NCBI GenBank assembly: GCA_024645245.1
Contig: JAHEBN010000004.1
Coordinates: 5,184-69,183 of the forward strand
Reading direction: 5' to 3'
DNA: 64,000 nt
From: Jiulongibacter sp.
GTDB taxonomy: Bacteria; Bacteroidota; Bacteroidia; Cytophagales; Spirosomataceae
The notes beneath the pieces were generated by a model. That model ran no database searches and was not told the origin of the DNA. It worked only from the letters and a program-made list of their open reading frames with translations. Each line of letters opens with the position of its first letter. The stretch's first letter is position 1. Of the stretch, positions 1 through 7,892 are shown piece after piece. Made by a program: the position numbers and the translations under genes.

Positions 1-1
1 T

Positions 2-1639
2 GTCAGAGTGTACAATGGTGCCTCTTGCTACAGAGACGACACAATTAACTTATCCCATATCTATTTTGCCAAAGATCGTGATGAAATGGCCCTTAGTGTG
101 GTACAAGGTGCCGATATTGCATCTCCTCAATTAAACGATGTTGTTACGCTCACTACTTTGGTACAAAATAAAAGTACTCAGGATATCGAAAACCTGGAAC
201 TAAAACAGATTATTTCCAAGAGTTTAGATATTATATATTTTTATGCCGATCGCGGTACTTATGAATCATCTGCCCGCAGTTGGATTATTGGTAAACTTAA
301 AGGTGGCGAGGTATTGAAGTTAGTTATTCGTGTAAAAGTGACTCAGGTTGGACTTTCCTATATGACGAGTTATGTTTCCAGATTGAACGACATGTCATTG
401 GTTTATGGTCAAACTATCCCCAACCAGGATCCCTATTATAAATCTATGGCGACTACCTGCGTATCGGTACCAATACAAATCAAAAACAATCAGATTTATA
501 CGATAAGTTTGAAAAATTACGAGGGAATTACCTGGTATTATAAGGATGCCGCAGGTAATTTTTCTGAAATTACGGAATATACAAATCCAGCGGTTGCAGA
601 AATAAATTTAGACAGTTCGCTGAGTATAAAGCAAGGAGGTGAATATACTTTTACCCGAAGAGTGGGCGAATGTAGTTTTAGTTCGTGTTGCCCTGTCATA
701 GTTGAAAGCTGTTCCGGACCTCCCATCATTGTGGATTCCGTGTATTGTAATAAAAATGTGGATAGTTACAATATAGCGGTTCATTTGCAAAATGATAACT
801 GGAGCATCGTAGAAAAAGTTTATTATGCCATAGCAAATATGAGTTTTCCGGTATTGACAAATATGCTACGCCGCATGAATGCACTCCCGCTTACTGCAAG
901 TTCGGGTTTTGTGACTTCAAAGGGTAATGCACATTATCTGGTGGAAAATGTACCTGCCTTTATGCCTAATGTTACTTTGGTATCGACTGATATTTCCGGA
1001 CAGTGCCGCACAGTGAAAGTGGTGAATGCCCCAAATTGCGAGCAAGCTCTTATTCCCGAACCTATGCTGGTTGAAAATGTGCAGTTTTATGTGCCCGGGC
1101 AGGATATGCCTAATCTGAGAGTGGCAAATCCACAAAAAGGGTTAAAAACCATGTGGTTCAGAGACGAGGTGGGAATTAACCGAATTTCAAAAGGAAATAC
1201 TTTAGTACCCGATGCACCAGGTAAATATTATGTGGCTTTTTTTGATAAAAAAACTAAATCGATGAGTACGTTGACAGAAGCTACCATTAAAGATATTACA
1301 GAAAGCCAGCCAGGTCAATTTGTTGACGTCGCTGTATGCGACTGCGAAAATCCGAGTATGTTACCATCAGGCAAAATTGGTGAAATTGCTGTTATTAAAA
1401 CCTATCCAAACCCGGTAGACGATATGCTCTCTGTTCAATACCGGGTACCTTCTAAGTCAACCAAAACCGAACTTTATTTTTTTAATATTAATGGCCGTAG
1501 AATAGCTTCTTTTGATCTCAGTAAAGACCGTAGTGAATACAAGGTGGATGTGATGAAATGGGTTGATGGTACCTACGTTTACAATCTGGTAGTTGACGGT
1601 GAAAAAAAAGCTTCATCTAAATTTATAGTACGTCATTAA
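2..1639 (+). CDS. secreted/cell-surface protein with DUF11-like repeat and type A T9SS C-terminal sorting domain (5' partial, continues upstream of window)
   Basis: The frame is open from nt 2 with no stop. The last ~80 aa (YPNPVDDMLSVQY..LYFFNINGRRIASFDL..GTYVYNLVVDGEKKASSKFIV) fit the Por/T9SS CTD pattern. A DUF11-like segment lies near the N-terminal end (VVTLTTLVQNKSTQDIENLELKQII..WIIGKLKGGEVLKLVIRVKV). Confidence 0.75.
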   Translation, partial: VRVYNGASCYRDDTINLSHIYFAKDRDEMALSVVQGADIASPQLNDVVTLTTLVQNKSTQDIENLELKQIISKSLDIIYFYADRGTYESSARSWIIGKLKGGEVLKLVIRVKVTQVGLSYMTSYVSRLNDMSLVYGQTIPNQDPYYKSMATTCVSVPIQIKNNQIYTISLKNYEGITWYYKDAAGNFSEITEYTNPAVAEINLDSSLSIKQGGEYTFTRRVGECSFSSCCPVIVESCSGPPIIVDSVYCNKNVDSYNIAVHLQNDNWSIVEKVYYAIANMSFPVLTNMLRRMNALPLTASSGFVTSKGNAHYLVENVPAFMPNVTLVSTDISGQCRTVKVVNAPNCEQALIPEPMLVENVQFYVPGQDMPNLRVANPQKGLKTMWFRDEVGINRISKGNTLVPDAPGKYYVAFFDKKTKSMSTLTEATIKDITESQPGQFVDVAVCDCENPSMLPSGKIGEIAVIKTYPNPVDDMLSVQYRVPSKSTKTELYFFNINGRRIASFDLSKDRSEYKVDVMKWVDGTYVYNLVVDGEKKASSKFIVRH

Positions 1640-1741
1640 TAATATTTGAATTACGATCTCAACTTTTCGGCCCTTCTTATTGTTATCCCACTAATCCCTG
1701 CTTTTTTTGCGGGGATTTTTATTTCAATGAAATTATTAGAA

Positions 1742-3129
1742 ATGGCAAAAAATATTGAAAATCTTACTCCAAGACAGATCGTATCAGAATTAGATAAATA
1801 CATTATTGGTCAGAATGACGCAAAAAAAATGTTGCTATAGCCCTTAGAAACCGATGGCGTAGAATGAATGCTAAAGACGATATGAAAACGGAAATCACGC
1901 CAAACAATATCCTTATGATTGGTTCCACAGGAGTGGGTAAAACAGAAATAGCACGAAGACTGGCCAAAGTGGCTGATGCCCCATTTACAAAAGTAGAAGC
2001 TAGTAAATTTACGGAAGTAGGTTATGTGGGCCGTGACGTAGAAAGTATGGTTCGAGATCTGGTGGAACAATCCGTAAATATGGTAAAAACCGCTAAAAAA
2101 GAGGAGGTTAAGCAAAAAGCGGCAGAGGCTGTTGAGGAGCAAATTTTAAATATTTTGATTCCACCAATTTCAAGAAAAGACAAGCGGTCACTGGTAGGAA
2201 TTCCCGAGGAAGTTGGTCAGTCGAGAGATGAGGAATTGAATGAAAAGACCCGGGAATCTTTTCGTGAAAAACTAAAAAGAGGAGAACTCGATGATAGAAA
2301 AATAGAAATCGATATTCAAGGTAGTAATTTTCCTTCGGTAGGTGTAATGGGCGGCCCGGTTGATGATGTTTCCATGATGAATATTCAGGAAATGATCGGT
2401 GGAATGATGCCTAAAAAGCACAAAAAACGCAAGGTAAGTATAGATGAGGCGAGAAAGATTTTATTCGAGGAGGAGTCGGCCAAACTCATTGATATGGATG
2501 AGGTGAAAGAAGAAGCCATTTGGAAAGCAGAAAATCTGGGGATAATTTTCATTGATGAAATAGACAAGATTGCCTCAGGCTCAAGTGGTAAAGGAGGGCC
2601 TGATATAAGTAGGGAAGGTGTGCAGCGTGATTTACTTCCTATAGTGGAAGGTTCAACGGTGAATACTAAACACGGAAGTATAAAAACCGATCATATTCTT
2701 TTTATTGCCGCAGGAGCTTTTCATGTGGCAAAACCATCAGACCTGATACCCGAATTGCAAGGTCGTTTCCCTATTCGTGTAGAATTGGAATCTCTTACCG
2801 AGCAGGATTTTTACCATATTTTAAAACAGCCTAAAAATGCTTTAACCAAGCAATATATAGCTATGCTTGAGGCTGAGGATGTGGAACTGAGTTTTAATGA
2901 TGATGCCTTATTGGCTTTGGCCAAAATAGCCTTTGAGGCCAATGCGGAGGTTGAAAATATTGGGGCAAGAAGATTACAAACCGTTATGAGTCATTTGCTT
3001 AATGATGTTCTATTTGATGTACCCGATCTAATTGGAGCCAATGCAAAAATCCTTGTTGATGCCCAAATGGTAGGCGATCGTTTAAACGGTTTAGTTCAGA
3101 ACAAAGATTTGAATCAGTATATTTTATAG
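1742..3129 (+). pseudogene. hslU: ATP-dependent protease ATPase subunit HslU, reading frame interrupted by a 1-nt (-1) shift in the A8 run at 1822-1829
   Basis: The N-terminal piece MAKNIENLTPRQIVSELDKYIIGQNDAKK stops at 1838-1840. The -1 frame continues NVAIALRNRWRRMNAKDDMKTEITPNNILMIGSTGVGKTEIARRLAKVADAPFTKVEASKFTEVGYVGRDVES and runs on to GARRLQTVM. This is near-colinear with E. coli HslU as I remember it. Walker A and B (IIFIDEIDKI) are present. Confidence 0.85.
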
Positions 3130-3155
3130 AAGGATTTAAATTATATTTCAGAGCC

Positions 3156-3923
3156 CTAATTAACTGGAAGAGCAAGATTCTCAGCTAAAATTCGGATATC
3201 AGATTCTTTTCTTAAATCCAGTTTTTTAGCGGATGATATTTCTTTGGCTTTTGAGGCATAAGGCCCCAAATCTTTAAAAAATGCACGGTTGTTTTTTACA
3301 AGCACCATGTTTTTCTGAATCACAAAATAGTATTTATTGAATTTTTGAAACTCACCCGCGTATTCTTCAGGGCGGCTCACATCATATCCGTTTTGCTGAT
3401 CAACACTGTGTTTTACATATCGTGCCAGATGTTCCTTAAGTAAAACCGGCTCTCCGTCATTTACCACTTCGTAATAAGAATCGCTGGCGTTTAAGTATTC
3501 ATTTCCGAAGTTATAAAATCGGGTACCTTCTATTTCAAAAGTTTTGGGATTAGTAGCCACGGCAGGTGTGTTTGGACTGATTGAAAAATAAGGCTTTCCA
3601 TCCACCAGATTATAAGCCATGGTACCTGTCACCGGCTCCGACCCCTGAAAAGTTAAATTACCCTTATACCAACCATTTTTGAAAAAGGGTGTTCCCAGGT
3701 TTATTTTTTCAATTTCGGTGCGAACCTGCTGATTTAGGTTATTACTTTGGAAACTGGAAACAAGAACAGTGTCACCTTTGCTGTTTACTTTAATAACGTC
3801 GCTATTCGAATGTATTTTTTGTTCGTTTAAATTAAAAGTTCGTTGTCCGCGGTCTGCAATACCAACTTGTGCGGTGGCATAAAAAGAAACAGTGACTAAT
3901 AGAATTGTTGTTAAGGCTTTCAT
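3156..3923 (-). CDS. hypothetical secreted protein
   Basis: Long ORF. The ATG at 3923 gives the signal-peptide-like N-terminus MKALTTILLVTVSFYATAQ. I recognise no family motif. Confidence 0.55.
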   Translation of the reverse strand: MKALTTILLVTVSFYATAQVGIADRGQRTFNLNEQKIHSNSDVIKVNSKGDTVLVSSFQSNNLNQQVRTEIEKINLGTPFFKNGWYKGNLTFQGSEPVTGTMAYNLVDGKPYFSISPNTPAVATNPKTFEIEGTRFYNFGNEYLNASDSYYEVVNDGEPVLLKEHLARYVKHSVDQQNGYDVSRPEEYAGEFQKFNKYYFVIQKNMVLVKNNRAFFKDLGPYASKAKEISSAKKLDLRKESDIRILAENLALPVN

Positions 3924-4024
3924 TTCTAATACTTTGTTTAAGTTAAAGTTAATCAAAAAAGTATCAGATTTTATAAGATATAGTCAGAAAAATAATTCCG
4001 CTTGAAAAATCATTATTATTATAT

Positions 4025-5164
4025 TTATAATTTCTCTTTGAAAACCTCATAGCCAAAGCTTTTATGTAATTCAAAAGTTTGATCAGTCTTCCAGACACCT
4101 ATCGATGGCAATCCAACCCCGTTGAAAGTGGTGGTTTTTACCATGGTATAATGTATCATATCATCAAAAACCAATGTATCGCCTATCTTCAAAGCTTCGT
4201 CAAAGGCATAATCACCAATAAAGTCACCGGCTAAGCAGGTCATTCCACCCATGCGGTAATTGTGTTTACCGGGAATATCAGTTTGATAAGCACCCAAAAT
4301 TCTGGGTTTATAGGGCATCTCCAGGGTATCCGGCATGTGTGCGGCAAAACTTACGTCTAATATGGCCACGTTTATCCCTTGGGCATCCACTATGTCTAAA
4401 ACCTTCGACGTTAAAACACCGGTTTCCCAGGCTATGGCAGATCCCGGTTCAAGTATTACTTCGAGGTTATATGTATTTCTCAGGCGTTCAATTTGTTTTA
4501 TCAGATGCAGGTGATTGTATCCCGAGCGTGTCATTAAATGCCCACCGCCCATATTAAGCCACTTGACCTGATGCAATAAATCACCAAATTTTTCCTCCAC
4601 ATGTACGAGAGTTCTTTCTAATACATAAGAATCATTTTCACACATAGTATGAAAATGCAGTCCTTCGATTCCTTCCGGAAGCTGATCACCCAGAGCTTCG
4701 CGGGTAATCCCCAATCGTGAGCCCACTATACAAGGATTGTACATATCTGTGGCTACCTCGGCATACTGCGGGTTTATTCGCAAACCTCTGGATATTTTTC
4801 TCTCATAGCCATCCACCTGATCTTTAAATTGGTGGAATTGATTCAGAGAATTAAAAGTGATGTGCGAACTGTAACTCATCAATTCAGCAAATTCTTCCGG
4901 TTTATACGCCGGAGCATAAGTATGTGCCAGACAATGCATTTCTTCAAAAATCAACCTTGCCTCATTCAGCGAACTTGCCGTAGCCCCAGACAGATATTGC
5001 CTTACCAATGGAAACTCCCTGTACATAGAGAAACCTTTTAACGCCAAAATGATATGTCCGCCACTTTGCTGCTGTACTTCATTTATCAATTTCAGGTTAG
5101 AAATCAGTTTTTCTTCTTCTAATACATAACAAGGTGAAGGAATTTGTGAATAATCAATGGGCAT
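4025..5164 (-). CDS. nspC: carboxynorspermidine/carboxyspermidine decarboxylase
   Basis: 379 aa. The N-terminus IPSPCYVLEEEKLISNLKLI..HIILALKGFSMY..SGATASSLNEARL and the size are typical of NspC (alanine-racemase-fold PLP decarboxylase). The pathway partner gene lies 1.2 kb away. Confidence 0.88.
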   Translation of the reverse strand: MPIDYSQIPSPCYVLEEEKLISNLKLINEVQQQSGGHIILALKGFSMYREFPLVRQYLSGATASSLNEARLIFEEMHCLAHTYAPAYKPEEFAELMSYSSHITFNSLNQFHQFKDQVDGYERKISRGLRINPQYAEVATDMYNPCIVGSRLGITREALGDQLPEGIEGLHFHTMCENDSYVLERTLVHVEEKFGDLLHQVKWLNMGGGHLMTRSGYNHLHLIKQIERLRNTYNLEVILEPGSAIAWETGVLTSKVLDIVDAQGINVAILDVSFAAHMPDTLEMPYKPRILGAYQTDIPGKHNYRMGGMTCLAGDFIGDYAFDEALKIGDTLVFDDMIHYTMVKTTTFNGVGLPSIGVWKTDQTFELHKSFGYEVFKEKL

Positions 5165-5297
5165 TGCTTAAATTTTAAAAGTTGTGCGAATTTAGCAATA
5201 GAGCCTTAATATCCCCTAGTTCTTAGTTGGTAATCTGAAAATTAAGTGGAATTGTATACCGAACTCTTACGGTTCGCCCATTTTGAGTGCCAGGAGT

Positions 5298-6041
5298 TCA
5301 TTTGGGCATTTTGCCAATTACCCTTTTGGCTTCGTCGTCACATCCAAAACCAATCCCCTTCAATATTTCGATTCCACTTATACCACCATCACCTTCTACT
5401 ATAAAATTCACAATTACTCTTCCGCTAATACCGTTTTTTTGAGCCATAGCGGGGTAATTCAGGTTTTTGCCTAACCATTTATACATTTTTTCTATTCCGC
5501 CTTTAAACTCCGGGTGCACTTCGGCTTTTACAAAAACCTTTGTTGACTCATCCACTTTTGGTGCTTCAACTATAGGTGTCATAAGTTCACCTGCCTGATC
5601 TACATTTCCAAAATTATTGAAAGCACCAACATCTTCAGGGTCATCTTCATTTTTGGTGCCTATGATACCAGTTTCGAGTTGATGAATGGTGGGTGGCTCG
5701 TAGGGTGTCTCTTTTGTGTCATTGACGGTGATTGGCGGTACATACTGGTTAACTTTTAATTTCCGTTTTTCTGTAATTTGATTTTCTCTTTTTTCTTCTT
5801 TTACCAATGGAATCAGAAGTTCATTTTCCGGTATTTTTTTCCAAATACGATCCTGTGTTATTGGCATTACGCTAATGATATTTCTGGGAACCAGGTAAAA
5901 ACTGCTCTTCATAATTACACCAAAAGCCAGCACCGAAGTAATAAAGGCTTTACTCAGGTAGTCGGAATAATGAGTTCGTAAATAAAATGTTCCGTAATTT
6001 TTGTTACGGTTTTCAAAAATAATCTCATCAAGGGTTTGCAA
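5298..6041 (-). CDS. energy transducer TonB-family protein, as read truncated by an in-frame TGA; the homologous frame continues to 5223
   Basis: It has IFENRNKNYGTFYLR plus a TM segment, a Pro/Glu-rich linker, and a TonB_C motif (HPEFKGGIEKMYKWLGKNLNYPAMAQKNGISGRVIVNFIVEGDGGISGIEILKGIGFGCDDEAKRVIGKMPK). The start is TTG at 6041. See the finding on the stop codon. Confidence 0.75.
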   Translation of the reverse strand: MQTLDEIIFENRNKNYGTFYLRTHYSDYLSKAFITSVLAFGVIMKSSFYLVPRNIISVMPITQDRIWKKIPENELLIPLVKEEKRENQITEKRKLKVNQYVPPITVNDTKETPYEPPTIHQLETGIIGTKNEDDPEDVGAFNNFGNVDQAGELMTPIVEAPKVDESTKVFVKAEVHPEFKGGIEKMYKWLGKNLNYPAMAQKNGISGRVIVNFIVEGDGGISGIEILKGIGFGCDDEAKRVIGKMPK

Positions 6042-6291
6042 AAGATTTGATTTTCCATTTTTAATAAGTTTTGTGCCCTTATAATGTCTTTTTTCTTCCG
6101 GAAAAATAAAGACAATTTAAGATAGCGGTTTAAGGAAAAAATAGAATTTCAGCTGAATCCGATGAAAAGGTAAAAGTAAAATAGGAAGAATGTAAGCATT
6201 TAACTAAATATTTAGTTATTGTAAATTTAACACTTAATTTGAATGATATTTTTTTGTAATTAATTGTATTTATGACATTTATGAATTAAAA

Positions 6292-6316
6292 AAGGCACCT
6301 GTTTTGCAGGTGCCTT
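6292..6316 (-). terminator. rho-independent terminator downstream of the carboxynorspermidine dehydrogenase gene
   Basis: A 10-bp perfect stem (aaggcacctg / caggtgcctt) has a 5-nt loop. An A6 run at 6288-6293 gives a U-tract on the minus-strand transcript. Confidence 0.7.
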
Positions 6317-6339
6317 AAATTTCAATAAATTGTATTTAA

Positions 6340-7551
6340 TTAATATTCGTGAGGAAGCTCTATATCTACTCTTTCATTCCATGGCAATCCATGAATATTC
6401 AATTTTTCCATAAATGGATCCGGATTGAGCTCTTCGCAATTGTATACACCGGGTTTCATCCAGTCGGCATTGGTGAGCATAAGCATGGCACCAATCATTG
6501 CCGGCACACCGGTTGTATAAGAAACAGCTTGTGATTTCACCTCCTTATATGCCTCAGAGTGGCTACAATTATTCCATACATAATAGGTACGATCTTTTCC
6601 ATCTTTTATGCCTTTTATCTGACAGCCTATGGAAGTTTGTCCGGTATAATTTACTCCCAAAGATTCCGGCGGAGGTAAAACAGCTTTTAGAAATTCCAAA
6701 GGCACCACATCCATTCCTTGAAACTTAATCGGCTTTATACTGGTCATTCCTACATTTTCCAAAACCTGCAAATGGGTAATGTACTGTTGTCCAAAGGTCA
6801 TCCAGAATCGGGCTCTTTTCAAGGTCGGGAAGTTTCTTACCAATGATTCCAGCTCCTCGTGATACAGCACATAAGACTCCTTAGGTCCAATATTCGGGTA
6901 ATCAATGGCTTTGTGAATGCTCATTGCAGGAATTTCTTTCCACTCGCCATTTTCCCAGTATCTACCTGGTTGCGTGATTTCCCGAATATTTATTTCTGGA
7001 TTAAAATTGGTGGCAAATGCTTTTCCGTGATCACCTGCATTACAATCGATGATATCCAAATAATGCATCTCATCAAAATAATGCTTATTGGCATAAGATG
7101 TGAAAACCTGTGTAACTCCAGGATCAAATCCGCAGCCCAATAGTGCCATCAATCCGGCTTCTTTAAACTTTTCCTGATAAGCCCATTGCCAGCTATATTC
7201 AAATTTGGCCACATCTTTTGGCTCGTAATTAGCAGTATCCATATAATGCACACCAGTTGCCAGGCAAGCATCCATTATGGTGAGATCCTGGTAAGGTAGT
7301 GCCACATTTATAACTAATACAGGATTAAAAGTTTTAATCAAACTTACCAATTGCGGTACCACGTCGGCATCTACAGTTGCTGTTTGAATTTTTACTCCGT
7401 GCATTTCCGCAATATCGGAAGCAATTTTATCACACTTTGATTTGGTACGGCTGGCAAGCATGATTTCGGTGAAAACATCACTATTCAGGGCACATTTATG
7501 AGCAACAACTGTTCCCACACCACCGGCACCAATAATCAGGACTTTCGACAT
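6340..7551 (-). CDS. carboxynorspermidine/carboxyspermidine dehydrogenase (saccharopine dehydrogenase family)
   Basis: 403 aa. It has the Rossmann N-terminus MSKVLIIGAGGVGTVVAHK and internal LLGCGFDPGVTQVF and GLPWNER-type segments characteristic of CANSDH. It is paired with nspC. Confidence 0.88.
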   Translation of the reverse strand: MSKVLIIGAGGVGTVVAHKCALNSDVFTEIMLASRTKSKCDKIASDIAEMHGVKIQTATVDADVVPQLVSLIKTFNPVLVINVALPYQDLTIMDACLATGVHYMDTANYEPKDVAKFEYSWQWAYQEKFKEAGLMALLGCGFDPGVTQVFTSYANKHYFDEMHYLDIIDCNAGDHGKAFATNFNPEINIREITQPGRYWENGEWKEIPAMSIHKAIDYPNIGPKESYVLYHEELESLVRNFPTLKRARFWMTFGQQYITHLQVLENVGMTSIKPIKFQGMDVVPLEFLKAVLPPPESLGVNYTGQTSIGCQIKGIKDGKDRTYYVWNNCSHSEAYKEVKSQAVSYTTGVPAMIGAMLMLTNADWMKPGVYNCEELNPDPFMEKLNIHGLPWNERVDIELPHEY

Positions 7552-7892
7552 TTTTAATTTTTATAAGTTAATGAAATAGATTTGGAAGATAGTTCTTCGA
7601 TTATTATGGCAAAGATGGGACTTTATTTTTAAGGATAAATGCCACTCAAAAGACATTTTTTTTCAATATAGATTTAAATATTTAGAGCCTAAATTATTAA
7701 GCGGATTCGAAACATCACTTTTTCCGGAAAAACTTATTAAATGGCACAGCTATTGATTTAATTTATTCAAATAAAACCAAAAAGTGCCATGCCTAAGTCA
7801 ATTAAAAGTATTCTTCAAAACCTGGAAAAAGTATTCTTTTTCCTGATCGCAATTATCATTTTAATAAGTCTATATTTTTCGGGAAAATAAAC

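Noticed and set aside
1646-1741. Hydrophobic N-terminal extension of hslU from the TTG at 1646 (MNYDLNFSALLIVIPLIPAFFAGIFIS..)
   Set aside because: HslU is soluble and homologs begin a few residues before LTPR(E/Q)IV. The ATG at 1742 (or 1727) fits, so the extension is probably untranslated.
5298-5300. Possibility that the organism reads TGA as Trp genome-wide (code 4/25)
   Set aside because: Several well-conserved genes end naturally at TGA with family-typical C-termini (ispF at 25504-25506, hydrolase at 28127-28129, PIG-L at 55161-55163). Long ORFs are not fragmented elsewhere at TGA.
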